Origin: Dehalococcoidia bacterium
GTDB taxonomy: Bacteria > Chloroflexota > Dehalococcoidia > SM23-28-2 > RBG-16-64-32
DNA: 64,000 nucleotides
NCBI GenBank assembly: GCA_963665775.2
Contig: CAXXTF010000002.1
Span: 544,001 to 608,000 of the forward strand
Reading direction: 5' to 3'
The first letter of the stretch is position 1. Each line of letters opens with the position of its first letter. The position numbers and the translations under genes were made by a program. The notes below the pieces were generated by a model. It searched no databases. It worked only from the letters and a program-made list of their open reading frames with translations, and was not told where the DNA came from. Of the stretch, positions 30,270 through 40,230 are shown piece after piece.

Positions 30270-30833
30270 GTGGAAAATGTGATCTCACGGGAGAGACTCC
30301 CCCTGCCCGCGCTACTACTGGCGGCGGCGTCCCTGGCGTTCATCGCACTAGCCGTCGCCTGTGACGGGGACGACTCTTCCCCGGCCACACCCACGGCTAC
30401 CGGTCAACCAACCGACTCGCCGACGCCCACAGCGGCTCCCACTACGCCGGTTACCACCCCCAGCCCCAGTCCCACTTCTCCCACCCCGACCGCCTCGCCC
30501 ACACCGGTCCCCTTCGACGGGACCCGAGACCCGGTGGAGACGCAGGGCACTGCACCGGCCGCCCTACTGATCAGCGTCCGGACGGGGCTGCATCCGACGT
30601 TCGACAGGATCGTATTCGAGTTCCAGGATAATGTGCCGGGCTACCGCATCGAGTACGTGGAGCCGCCCATCCTCCAGGATGGCTCCGGCCTGCCGGCCCT
30701 GGTGGAGGCGGAGCAGACCGGTGACTTCGAGGCCCATCTCACCTGGGTCCTGGGCTTGACTGAGCAGACGGAATTCCGGGTCCGCAAACTCACTGACCCC
30801 TTTCGCGTGGCCATCGACGTGAAACACCCTTAG
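30270..30833 (+). CDS. Lipoprotein with Pro/Thr linker and AMIN-like C-terminal domain
   Basis: Lipobox LAVAC; PT-rich linker; FDRIVFEF ... GDFEA.LTWVLGL ... P.RVAIDV. Confidence 0.7.
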   Translation: MENVISRERLPLPALLLAAASLAFIALAVACDGDDSSPATPTATGQPTDSPTPTAAPTTPVTTPSPSPTSPTPTASPTPVPFDGTRDPVETQGTAPAALLISVRTGLHPTFDRIVFEFQDNVPGYRIEYVEPPILQDGSGLPALVEAEQTGDFEAHLTWVLGLTEQTEFRVRKLTDPFRVAIDVKHP

Positions 30834-30866
30834 CCCGGCGCTTTTGCGCTGGAAGGAGTCGGAAAC

Positions 30867-32243
30867 ATGCGGGATATCTACCCGTATCTTGATGAGCACT
30901 TGAACGAGTCCATCGCCGAGCTGACGGAGCTGTGTAAGCTCCCCAGCGTCAGCGCCCAGGGCTCGGCGATGGAGGAGACGGCGGAGCATGTCGCCGGCCT
31001 CCTCCGGCACCTCGGCTTCGAGGTGCGTATCCTGCCCAAGCATGTCCTGAGCGGAGCCGAAGGGCCAGCCGGTGGTCAGCCCGTCGTGTACGCTCAGCTC
31101 GGTGGCGTCTCCGCCAAGACGCTCCTCTTCTACAATCACTACGACGTGCAGCCGGCGGAGCCTCTGGAGCTCTGGGCGTCTCCCCCTTTCCAGCCCACCC
31201 TGCGCGATGGGAAGCTGTACGGTCGTGGCGTCTGCGACAATAAGGGCAACATCATCTCCCGCCTGGCTGCCGTCCGGGCCTGGCAGGAGGTCCGGGGCGA
31301 GCTGCCGTGTACCGTGAAGTTCTGCATCGAGGGCGACGAGGAGATCGGCAGCCCCCACATGGAGGAGTTCGTGGCGGAGCACCGGGAGCTCCTCTCAGCG
31401 GATGCCTGCCTGTGGGAGGGTGACGGCGTCACCTGGGAGGGCGCGCCACAGATCCTGCTGGGGGTAAAGGGGCTCCTTTACGTGGAGCTGGAATCCAATA
31501 CGATCAACCGAGATGCCCACTCCTCCTACGGCACCATCCTTCCCAACGCCGCCTGGCGGTTGGCTTGGGCCCTGGCCACGATCAAGGGTCCGGACGAGCG
31601 GGTACGAATAGAGGGTTTCTACGACGCCGTTCGCGCTCCCACGAGCGAGGAGCGGGCCGCCGTGGAGGCGATGCCATCCGAAGAGGAGGAGACCCTCGGG
31701 TCGTACGGCATCGAGGAAGCGCTCACCGGCGCCCGTGGTCTCGACTACCGGCTGCGCCACCTGTTCGAGCCGACAGCCACCGTCGACGGCCTCTCCTCGG
31801 GCTACGAGGGCGAGGGGCCCAAGACCGTTCTCCCGGCCCGAGCGCTGGCCAAGATGGACTTTCGCCTGGTGCCCGAGCAGGACCCCCACGACATCATGCA
31901 GAAGCTACGCCGTCACCTGGAGCAGCATGGGCTCGCCGACGTGCAGGTGCGCCTGCTCAGCGCCGAGCGGCCGGCCCGCACGCCGGTAACCCACCCCTTC
32001 GTCGGCGCGGTGCGGGAAGCGATGCGGCAGGTCTATGACAGGGAGCCCATCGTCGTCCCCACCATGGCCGGGACGGGCCCCCTCCATCCCTTCGTCGCGG
32101 TTCTCGGTCTGCCCACCGCCGACTGCGGCATCGGCTACCCGGACACCCATATCCACGCCCCGGACGAGAACATCCGCATCGAAGACTTCCGGCGGGGGAC
32201 GAAAGCGATAGCGGCGCTGCTGGGGCGCTTCGGAGAGGCGTGA
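30867..32243 (+). CDS. M20-family metallopeptidase
   Basis: YNHYDVQP, GRGVCDNKG, EGDEEIGS, HAPDENI. Confidence 0.92.
   Translation: MRDIYPYLDEHLNESIAELTELCKLPSVSAQGSAMEETAEHVAGLLRHLGFEVRILPKHVLSGAEGPAGGQPVVYAQLGGVSAKTLLFYNHYDVQPAEPLELWASPPFQPTLRDGKLYGRGVCDNKGNIISRLAAVRAWQEVRGELPCTVKFCIEGDEEIGSPHMEEFVAEHRELLSADACLWEGDGVTWEGAPQILLGVKGLLYVELESNTINRDAHSSYGTILPNAAWRLAWALATIKGPDERVRIEGFYDAVRAPTSEERAAVEAMPSEEEETLGSYGIEEALTGARGLDYRLRHLFEPTATVDGLSSGYEGEGPKTVLPARALAKMDFRLVPEQDPHDIMQKLRRHLEQHGLADVQVRLLSAERPARTPVTHPFVGAVREAMRQVYDREPIVVPTMAGTGPLHPFVAVLGLPTADCGIGYPDTHIHAPDENIRIEDFRRGTKAIAALLGRFGEA
31043..31064. repeat. REP-like element inside the M20 peptidase gene
   Basis: TGTCCTGAGCGGAGCCGAAGGG; its reverse complement matches 39118-39139 at 21/22 nt. 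Confidence 0.7.
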
Positions 32244-32253
32244 CGACCGACCT

Positions 32254-32850
32254 CTAGACGTTGTACCCCGACCTTCGCAACGTCCGTCGGACTTCTCGCT
32301 CAAGTATCCGCCGGACATGAACCCTGAATCGCTTCTCCAGCGCCTCGCGCGCCGCCGTGTAGAGCTCAATGGCGTTCTCGATAGAGTGCGGCGTCTCCGC
32401 GACCCCCATGGGGCGCAACAGGTGTGCCGACATCTTGGCGAACTCCGGCCTGACCAGCTCGTACTTACCGCTGAAGTGCTTGGCCGCCAGCCAGAGGATC
32501 CAGTCCCAGAAGTGGCTGTCCACGCCCTCGAGAGTCTCGGCGCCGACCTCCCACGGCGGTTCCAGCGTGTGCTCCTGGTTGAAGAGCAGATCCACCTTGG
32601 CAGCGCCCGGCAGGATCAGCATGTACGTCCCCCACTGGCTCAGGCGATCCCACTGCTGGGCCAGGGGGCGCAGCGATGCAACCAGCGCAGGGATAGCCCT
32701 AGCGACAGCCTGAAAATCGTCCGTCTCGACCGCGAAATCCCAGTCGGAGAGCTCCTTGGCGTCCCCCCGCTCACGTGATCCCACCAGACGGACCGACCTT
32801 ATGGCGGGATATCCCTCCAGAGCCGACATGACCCGCTCTGCTATGTTCAC
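32254..32850 (-). CDS. Pol-beta-superfamily nucleotidyltransferase-domain protein
   Basis: LVGSRERG...SDWDF motif followed by a helical C-terminal domain. Confidence 0.75.
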   Translation of the reverse strand: MNIAERVMSALEGYPAIRSVRLVGSRERGDAKELSDWDFAVETDDFQAVARAIPALVASLRPLAQQWDRLSQWGTYMLILPGAAKVDLLFNQEHTLEPPWEVGAETLEGVDSHFWDWILWLAAKHFSGKYELVRPEFAKMSAHLLRPMGVAETPHSIENAIELYTAAREALEKRFRVHVRRILEREVRRTLRRSGYNV

Positions 32851-32885
32851 CGAGACAGTCGTACGGGGCGACCCCTCGGCCGCCG

Positions 32886-33128
32886 CTAGTGCCCGCCCCC
32901 GACCGACGGCTCCGCTGGTGACTCCTCCGAATCCTCAACGCCCAGGCAGCCGAAGCAGCCGAACTCCAGGGCCTGGTGCTCTGAGCTGATCCAGACCTCG
33001 CCGCAATCCTTATCGTCGCTGTCATTGCGCAGCCTCAAATGATACGGCTCCTGACAGAAGTTGCAGTCGGCGGAATTGGACTCGTCGACACCATCGCCAC
33101 ACACGCAGCAGACCAACGTCTCACTCAC
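32886..33128 (-). CDS. Small Cys/His-rich zinc-finger protein
   Basis: C7,C10,C22,C25,H30,C42,C58,C61; GGAG upstream, starts 3 nt after the tRNA nucleotidyltransferase stop. Confidence 0.7.
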   Translation of the reverse strand: MSETLVCCVCGDGVDESNSADCNFCQEPYHLRLRNDSDDKDCGEVWISSEHQALEFGCFGCLGVEDSEESPAEPSVGGGH

Positions 33129-33131
33129 GGG

Positions 33132-34436
33132 CTAACTCCACCTCCTACGGCTACCGCTCGCCAGCAGCGAACGCACCAACTGCTCCTCATCTCTCCTGGA
33201 ACTCACTTCGCCGTCAAGCTTAGCAACTTTCACTCGTTGCAGCAGCTCTCCTACCCTCGGTCCCGGCGGAACGCCCATTTCCAGCAGGATACTCCCTACA
33301 AGGGATGGCTTGACATAACGCCTGTGCCTGAGATAGTCCAGGCAACGCTCCCGCACCGTAGGAGATGTAGCCGCGGCTAGCAGGGCCTGAACCGCGGTCA
33401 GTGGGTAAGGCGCTAGTGTCTCGACGACCGCACTCGGCCTGAGTCCAGGCCTCGCCAGCGCATCCTGCAGCCCGTGCAGATGAGAGGCGGCGCAGACCGC
33501 CCGCGACTGCCTCTTGGTCAGCTGCAGCCGTCCGGCCAGGGCTGAGGCCTCACCCGCGTCGAGGCCCCAACCCAGAAGCGGCCAGTAGGCACCTGGGACA
33601 GCCTCCGGCATCAGCTCCCGCAGGGCTGCAAAGGCCTGGGCACGGCCCAGATCGAAGGCGAGCGAGGGGTGAATCGCGGATAGGGCACCCAGCTCGCGAA
33701 GTCGGAGTAACGCCCGCTCCGGTTCCGTCTCAGCCAGGATGCGCGCCATCTCCTGTCGCAGGCGGGCACCGCTTATCGATTCCAGCCATCCTATGTCTCG
33801 CTGGAGCCAGGCCTGCGTGCGCTCCTCCAACCGAAATCCCAACCGGACCTCATAGCGAACCGCCCGCAGGATGCGCGTGGCGTCATCCACGAAGCTGCCT
33901 TCGTGCAGCGCCCGTACCAACCCGGCCTGCAGATCAGCCTGCCCGGCCCAGGGGTCGAACAGCTCGCCTCGCTGTGGGCCGGTCATGGCAAGGGCCATGG
34001 CGTTAAGGGTGAAGTCTCGCCGCCCCATGTCCTCTCGGATGGAGGCGGCACGCACCCTGGGCAGCGCGCCTGGGTGGCGGTAGCTCTCGGAGCGGGCCAT
34101 CGCCAGATCCAGCGAGAAGCTTTCTACCTTGATCGTTGCCGTTCCGAATGTAACGTGCTCGACACAACCAGCGTCCATGACGACGGCGACCCGATGGGCC
34201 AGCGCGATGGCATCCCCCTCAACAGCCAGATCGAGATCGAGAGTCGGAACGCCCAGCAGCAGGTCTCGCACCGGGCCTCCCACCAGGTACAGGGGCTGGC
34301 AGGCGTCCCCGGCCAGCCTCACCAGCGTGACAACGGCCTCTTGTGCGGCGGCCGGGAGGCGACTCAGTATTTTATCGATAAGGTTAGCATTGCTACCAGG
34401 CATAAGCGGCTCCATTATAACCTGTCGTCTTGACAA
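33132..34436 (-). CDS. tRNA nucleotidyltransferase (class II CCA/A-adding family)
   Basis: VGGPVRDLLLG, DLDL, RSESY..PGALP, RRDFTLNAMA, DDATRILRAVRY; true start probably a few codons downstream. Confidence 0.9.
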   Translation of the reverse strand: MSRRQVIMEPLMPGSNANLIDKILSRLPAAAQEAVVTLVRLAGDACQPLYLVGGPVRDLLLGVPTLDLDLAVEGDAIALAHRVAVVMDAGCVEHVTFGTATIKVESFSLDLAMARSESYRHPGALPRVRAASIREDMGRRDFTLNAMALAMTGPQRGELFDPWAGQADLQAGLVRALHEGSFVDDATRILRAVRYEVRLGFRLEERTQAWLQRDIGWLESISGARLRQEMARILAETEPERALLRLRELGALSAIHPSLAFDLGRAQAFAALRELMPEAVPGAYWPLLGWGLDAGEASALAGRLQLTKRQSRAVCAASHLHGLQDALARPGLRPSAVVETLAPYPLTAVQALLAAATSPTVRERCLDYLRHRRYVKPSLVGSILLEMGVPPGPRVGELLQRVKVAKLDGEVSSRRDEEQLVRSLLASGSRRRWS

Positions 34437-34597
34437 CTCCCTCAGCCCGTACCTATCATTGGCAGGTGACGAGGTTGGCTAGCCGGCGATCTTTTTTGGG
34501 AAATTAGTTATATAAAACCACAGTAAACAGCCAGGAGTGCCGAGCCGCATAGGGCGGCTCTCTTCATCAGGGCCATAATTTTAAGGTTACTGTTAGG

Positions 34598-35311
34598 ATG
34601 AGAACACCTACCAAGGCAAGGGAACCACAGGAGCTGGCACTCTCCCTGGGTATAGCCTTCCGTGAGCCCTCCCTTCTGGCGCAGGCCCTATTCCATCGCT
34701 CCTACCTCAACGAGGTGCCTGAATACGACATCGAGTGCAACGAGCGGCTGGAGTTCCTGGGCGATGCCGTCCTGGGGCTGATTATCTCCGAGAAGCTGTA
34801 TCAGGACTACCCCGACTTCAGCGAGGGCAAACTGAGCCAGCTACGATCACACCTCGTGCGCTGGGACACCCTGGCCAGTGCCGCCGAGCGCATCGGCCTG
34901 GGCAACTACCTCGTCCTGGGTAACGGCGAAGAGCTCTCCGGAGGCCGCGACCGCCCCTCCAACCTCTCCGGCGCCCTCGAGGCCCTCATCGGCGCGGCCT
35001 TCCTGGACGCCGGCCTGACGCAGGCCCGGAAGCTCATCCTTCAGCTTCTGAAACCCGATCTCGAGGAGGTCGCCGCCCGCGGCGCTACCGCCGATAGCAA
35101 ATCTGAATTTCAACACGTAGCGCAGACGCGCTGGCACGAGATTCCAGAGTATCGGCTCATCTCTTCCGAAGGGCCGGACCACGCCAAGCTGTTCAAGGTG
35201 GAGGTTTTGGTGGGGAGTAGAGTGATGGGTAACGGCCAAGGCCGCAACAAGAAGCAGGCCGAGCTCAACGCCGCCCGCCAGGCTCTCGAGACTCTGGCGG
35301 GGAGCAACTAG
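34598..35311 (+). CDS. rnc: Ribonuclease III
   Basis: HRSY, NERLEFLGDAVL, EALIGA, dsRBD GPDH..F, KKQAE. Confidence 0.97.
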   Translation: MRTPTKAREPQELALSLGIAFREPSLLAQALFHRSYLNEVPEYDIECNERLEFLGDAVLGLIISEKLYQDYPDFSEGKLSQLRSHLVRWDTLASAAERIGLGNYLVLGNGEELSGGRDRPSNLSGALEALIGAAFLDAGLTQARKLILQLLKPDLEEVAARGATADSKSEFQHVAQTRWHEIPEYRLISSEGPDHAKLFKVEVLVGSRVMGNGQGRNKKQAELNAARQALETLAGSN

Positions 35312-35321
35312 CGACTCGAAC

Positions 35322-38300
35322 GTGTACCTGAAGCGCCTGGACATCCAAGGCTTCAAGAGCTTCGCGACCCGGACTACCTTCGAGTTCGGGCACGGGATGA
35401 CGGCGATCGTCGGTCCCAATGGCGCCGGCAAGTCCAACATCGCCGATGCCCTGCGATGGGTTCTGGGAGAACAGTCCGGCCGCCTCCTCCGCGCCAGTAA
35501 GCTAGACGACATTATATACGCCGGCTCCGCCAAGCGCTCCGCGACCGAAAAGGTGGAAGTCACCCTCACCCTGGATAACACCGACGCCTGGCTCCCCCTA
35601 GAGTTCCGCGAAGTCGCCATCTCCAGGCGGGGCTACCGCTCCGGCGAGAGCGAATACCGGATCAACCGCAAGCGGATCCGCCTGCGCGACCTGCAGAGCC
35701 TCCTGGCGCGGGCCAACGCCGGCCAGAACTCGTACGCCATCATCGGCCAGGGGCTGGTGGAGAGCGTCCTCAACCTCCGCCCCGAGGAGCGCCGCCAGCT
35801 GATCGAGGAGGCCGCCGACATCCAGCGCTATCGTCTGAAGATCGAGGACGCCTATAGCAAGCTGGCGGCCACCCACGAGAACGTAGAGCGGATCAGGCTG
35901 CTCATCAAGGAGATCAGGCCCCAACTGGCTCAGCTGGAGCGCCAGGCCAAGCGGGCGGGAGAGCACGCTCGCCTCTCCCATGAGCTGTCGGTGGCCCTCC
36001 ACGCCTACTACGGGCACCGTTGGCACCACGCCAACGAGACGCTCATCGTCAGCCGCGCTGAACACGATCAGGCTCAGGCTGAGCTTATCCAGGCCAAGGT
36101 GGCTCTCGACACCTGCCAGTGGGAGCTAGCCGACATCTCCTCTCAGCTCGAGGAGCAGCGCCGCGCTGCCGCGGCGGGCGCCGCCGAGCGGGACCGGCTG
36201 GACCAGCGCCTACGCGAGATGGAGCAACGTCTGGCGGTCGCTGAGGATCGTCGCGCGATCCTGGCGGCGCGCCAACGCGAGCTTCAGGACGAGCTCACCT
36301 CTGTCGAGGCCGAGCGCGACCGCGCTACCGCTGGCCTGGCCGCCGCCGACGCCCGCCGCGCGGAGCTCGATCAGGCGGTCGCCACGGCAGGCGCGGTTCG
36401 GGACGGACGCCAGGCGGAGCTGGACGCCCTCGACGGGGAGTTCCGCGATGGCCAGGCCCGTGCCATCGACACCGAGGCCAGGAGCAAGCGGCTGCAGACG
36501 GCGGCCGCCGACCTCAAGGCTCGCCTCCAGCGCCTCTCCTATAGCCAGCGCGACATGGAGCGTCAGGTGGCTAGCCTGGACATCCGGCGTCGCTCCCTGA
36601 TCAGCCAGATGGCGGAGCACCTGCGCATCCTGCGCAGCTACCGAGCCCAGGATTCCCTGCTGACAGCCGAGGTGTCCCACACCAGCACCCGCCGCCAGGC
36701 CTTGGAGACGGAGGTGCAGGAGGTTCGCCGGTCGCTGGCCAAGGTGGAGGCGAATCAGAACGCGCGCCGCGGCAAGCTGGAGGCGCTGGAGGCCCGCTTG
36801 GACATCTTGGGCCGGGCCCAGAAGCAGATACAGACGCAGCCGGAGAACAGTGCGACCGTAGAGGGCGTCCAGGCTGCGATTACGGCGATCATACGCGTTC
36901 CCCAGGGCCTGGAGGAGGCGATTGCCGCCGCCCTGGCCGACCAACTGGACGCCCTCGTTTTCGAGCGTCAGACGGAGGCTATCGCTGCTGTGGAGGCCCG
37001 CCTCGAGCAGCGCGGCCCGCGGCTCACCCTGCTCCCCCTGGACACCATGAAGCAGGTCTACCCCCTCAACCTCATGCGCGAGAAGAGCGTCCTCGGTGTC
37101 GCCTCCCGGCTGGTCAAGTATCCACCACGGTACGAGAAGCTGGTCAGCACCCTCCTCGGCCGGACGATCATCGTGCAGGATACAGCCACCGCCGTCCGCG
37201 TTTTGCGCCGCGGCATGGGAAACGTCGTCACCCTGGACGGCGTCGTCTTCCACGCCTCGGGCTCCATCACCGTGGGCCAAGCTGAGGCTGGCCGCCCCTT
37301 CATCCTGGGCTACGAACGTGACCTGGAGTCCATACCCAAGGAGATCGACCGCGTTCGCCGGTCACTGGCCATAACCGATCGCGAGCTCCTATCGCTGCAA
37401 GACCGTCTCCGCCAGGACGAATCGGACCTGGCCGGCCTCAACCGAGAGGCGGAGGACAGCATGGAACGGCGTCTCCGCCTCCAGGACTCTTTGGCCCAGA
37501 GACAGCAACAGCTCGCCCGGCTCAAAGGCGAGCTGCGAGGTCTCATCGGCTCCCAGGCCGTCCTTCGCGACCAGGAGCGCTCCTTCGCTCAAGAGGCAGA
37601 GCGGCTGGAGCAAGAGCGCGAGGGTCTGCTGGCCGAGGCCAAGGAGGCTCAGGGTACAAGCGGTTACCTGACACGGGCCAACGTCATCGTCGAACAGAGA
37701 AGGGAGTCGCTCCTCGCCGCCGCTGACGAGGCCACCGCAGAGCACGCCCGCCTTGATGGAGAGCATCGCTCCCTGGCGATCCAGCGAGAGGGAGCCCAGG
37801 CCGCTCTCGCCCGCCTGGAGGCCCAAACCTCCGCCAAGGCGCTGCAGCTGCACGACTTGGAGACGGAACTCGCGGCTCTCGAGTCCGGTGGCCGCTCCGA
37901 CCGGGACGGGCTAGCCGAGGCCCGGGAACAGCTCGAACCCTTCCTCGGGACGAATCAGCCTGGGCAGGAGACGGGCCGCCATCTGGAAGCGCGCCGGAGC
38001 GATCTCCACCCTCAGGTGCTTCGCGCCCAGAGCCGCCTCTTCGACGCCGAGCGCTACGCCCAGGAGTCCGAAGCCCAAGTCCGCCGCTGGCAGAGCGAGA
38101 TCGACACGATTCGTGTGCGTATCCAGGAGGATGGCTTGCTCTTGACGCCCGAGGGCGATATTCAGCCTGTCGAGACCATCGCCTTGGGAACCTCCCAGTG
38201 GCTGGCCGCCGAACGGCCTCCCTTGAGCCCACAGAAGGGCCCGGACGAGGGCCCGAGCGATATGCGGATGCGGCCCGTTTCCGGCGGCGCTACCGTAGAC

Positions 38301-38960
38301 CCTGAGGACCTGGGCCGCGACATCGACCGGCTGCGGGCCCAGCTCCGCAACCTGGGCCCGGTTAACGTGGAGGCACAGACCGACTACCAGCAGTTGCGCG
38401 ACCGCCACGACTTCCTGGCCAGCCAGCTCGACGACCTGGCGGGGGCCGAGATCTCCCTCCACCACGCCATCGAGGAGCTGAACAAGGTGATGCGGGGTCG
38501 GTTCGAGTCTACCTTCGCGCAGGTGGCCGATGGGTTCGAGCAGTACTTCCAGGCCTTCTTCGGAGGTGGGCAGGCGAAGCTGACCCTGACGAACGAGGAC
38601 GATCCCAGCGCCTCCGGTGTGGAGATCGAGGCGCGACCGCCGGGCAAGCGGCTCCAGACGCTGGCCCAGCTTTCCGGCGGGGAGAAGGCCCTGACGGCCG
38701 TGGCCCTCTTGTTCGCCCTGCTCCAGACCAACCCCTCGCCCTTCTGCGTGCTGGACGAGGTGGACGCCATGCTGGACGACGCCAACGTTGGCCGCTTCGT
38801 GGCGGCCCTCCAGGCGCTATCCCAGCGGACCCAGTTCATCGTCATCACCCACAACCGCAAGACGATCGAGGTGGCGGACAGCATCTACGGCGTCTCCATG
38901 GGCCCGGACGCCGCCTCTCGCGTCCTCTCCATGCGCCTGGCGGACGTGGCGGCGAACTAG
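35322..38960 (+). CDS. smc: Chromosome segregation ATPase SMC
   Basis: GFKSF, GPNGAGKSN, hinge VTLDG, LSGGEK, LDEVDA, ITHN; rnc-smc-ftsY order. Confidence 0.96.
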   Translation: MYLKRLDIQGFKSFATRTTFEFGHGMTAIVGPNGAGKSNIADALRWVLGEQSGRLLRASKLDDIIYAGSAKRSATEKVEVTLTLDNTDAWLPLEFREVAISRRGYRSGESEYRINRKRIRLRDLQSLLARANAGQNSYAIIGQGLVESVLNLRPEERRQLIEEAADIQRYRLKIEDAYSKLAATHENVERIRLLIKEIRPQLAQLERQAKRAGEHARLSHELSVALHAYYGHRWHHANETLIVSRAEHDQAQAELIQAKVALDTCQWELADISSQLEEQRRAAAAGAAERDRLDQRLREMEQRLAVAEDRRAILAARQRELQDELTSVEAERDRATAGLAAADARRAELDQAVATAGAVRDGRQAELDALDGEFRDGQARAIDTEARSKRLQTAAADLKARLQRLSYSQRDMERQVASLDIRRRSLISQMAEHLRILRSYRAQDSLLTAEVSHTSTRRQALETEVQEVRRSLAKVEANQNARRGKLEALEARLDILGRAQKQIQTQPENSATVEGVQAAITAIIRVPQGLEEAIAAALADQLDALVFERQTEAIAAVEARLEQRGPRLTLLPLDTMKQVYPLNLMREKSVLGVASRLVKYPPRYEKLVSTLLGRTIIVQDTATAVRVLRRGMGNVVTLDGVVFHASGSITVGQAEAGRPFILGYERDLESIPKEIDRVRRSLAITDRELLSLQDRLRQDESDLAGLNREAEDSMERRLRLQDSLAQRQQQLARLKGELRGLIGSQAVLRDQERSFAQEAERLEQEREGLLAEAKEAQGTSGYLTRANVIVEQRRESLLAAADEATAEHARLDGEHRSLAIQREGAQAALARLEAQTSAKALQLHDLETELAALESGGRSDRDGLAEAREQLEPFLGTNQPGQETGRHLEARRSDLHPQVLRAQSRLFDAERYAQESEAQVRRWQSEIDTIRVRIQEDGLLLTPEGDIQPVETIALGTSQWLAAERPPLSPQKGPDEGPSDMRMRPVSGGATVDPEDLGRDIDRLRAQLRNLGPVNVEAQTDYQQLRDRHDFLASQLDDLAGAEISLHHAIEELNKVMRGRFESTFAQVADGFEQYFQAFFGGGQAKLTLTNEDDPSASGVEIEARPPGKRLQTLAQLSGGEKALTAVALLFALLQTNPSPFCVLDEVDAMLDDANVGRFVAALQALSQRTQFIVITHNRKTIEVADSIYGVSMGPDAASRVLSMRLADVAAN

Positions 38961-39013
38961 GCTCGCCGCTACCCGCTTGCCCCTTCTCCTCCTCCGCCCT
39001 ATCATCGGACTCG

Positions 39014-40042
39014 ATGACCCGCTTCTTCCGCCGCAAGCAAGGGGCTCCCGCCGAACCTATCGCCGCCGCCGAGCCCATCGCTGAACCAGCCGTCGAGGCC
39101 GCATCCGTAGACCAGGCCCCTTCGGCTTCGCTCAGGACAGGCGTCGAGCGCACGCGGCGGACCTGGTTCGGCCGCATCGGCGGCATGTTCCGCCGCGGCC
39201 TGGACGACGAGCTGTGGGAGGAGCTGGAAGAGACCCTCATCGCCGCCGACACTGGCGTCCAGACCACGACTAGGATCCTCGACGATCTGAAGGAGCGGGT
39301 AAAGAGCGAGGGCATCCGCGATCCGGACGAGGCTTTAGCCGCCCTGAAGGAAGAGCTCATCAGCATCCTGGAGATCGAGACGGGCCGGGGCAAGCTCTGG
39401 TATCGCGATGGGGAGCGAGAGGCGGCGGTGAGGCCGGCCGTTATCCTGACCGTCGGCGTCAACGGCACCGGCAAGACCACCAGCATCGGCAAGCTGGCCC
39501 ACGGCTACACGGCGGCCGGGAAGACCGTCATCCTGGCCGCCGCCGACACCTTCCGCGCCGCCGCCATCGACCAGCTCCAGCGGTGGGGCGAGACGGCCGG
39601 AGCCGATGTCGTGGCGCACCAGCAGGGCGCCGACCCCAGCGCCGTCATCTTCGATGCCCTGGCCGCCGCCGAGAGTCGCAAAGCCGATATCGTCATCATC
39701 GACACCGCCGGCCGGCTCCACACCAAGGTCAACCTGATGGACGAGCTGCGAAAGGTCAACCGCGTGATCCAGCGAAAGCTCGCTGACGCCCCTCACGAGG
39801 TGCTGTTGGTTCTGGACGCTACCACCGGCCAGAACGCCCTCCCCCAGGCGAAGCACTTCACCGAAGCTGTGGGCGTGACCGGAATCCTGCTGGCCAAGCT
39901 GGACGGCACCGCCAAGGGCGGCGTCATCTTCGCGGTGTGCGACCAGCTGGGTATCCCCGTGCGCTTCGTGGGTACGGGGGAAAGACCGGACGACCTCGCC
40001 CCGTTCGAGCCCCGAGAGTTCGTGGAAGCGCTGTTCGCCTGA
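39014..40042 (+). CDS. ftsY: SRP receptor FtsY
   Basis: [37 protein letters not shown]. Confidence 0.97.
   Translation: MTRFFRRKQGAPAEPIAAAEPIAEPAVEAASVDQAPSASLRTGVERTRRTWFGRIGGMFRRGLDDELWEELEETLIAADTGVQTTTRILDDLKERVKSEGIRDPDEALAALKEELISILEIETGRGKLWYRDGEREAAVRPAVILTVGVNGTGKTTSIGKLAHGYTAAGKTVILAAADTFRAAAIDQLQRWGETAGADVVAHQQGADPSAVIFDALAAAESRKADIVIIDTAGRLHTKVNLMDELRKVNRVIQRKLADAPHEVLLVLDATTGQNALPQAKHFTEAVGVTGILLAKLDGTAKGGVIFAVCDQLGIPVRFVGTGERPDDLAPFEPREFVEALFA
39118..39142. repeat. REP-like element inside ftsY
   Basis: CCCTTCGGCTTCGCTCAGGACAGGC, translated PSASLRTG. Confidence 0.7.
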
Positions 40043-40230
40043 CCTAGCAATTGCCATCCCTGGCTCGGCGGTAGTAGTATGGGCCGCACCATGCCGCCGT
40101 CTGGCTTGGCGCGCAGAGCGCCAGCAGCTTCACCGGCCGGGTGGTGAGATGCCAGGAGTTCGGCAAGGGCTGGCCGTAGATATCTCCGTCTGAGCCTGAA
40201 CTGAGCCTCGCCGCCGCACCCGTAAGCGCC

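Noticed and set aside
35322-38960. SMC as part of a Wadjet/Mks defence system
   Set aside because: Canonical rnc-smc-ftsY context; no jetABD-like neighbours
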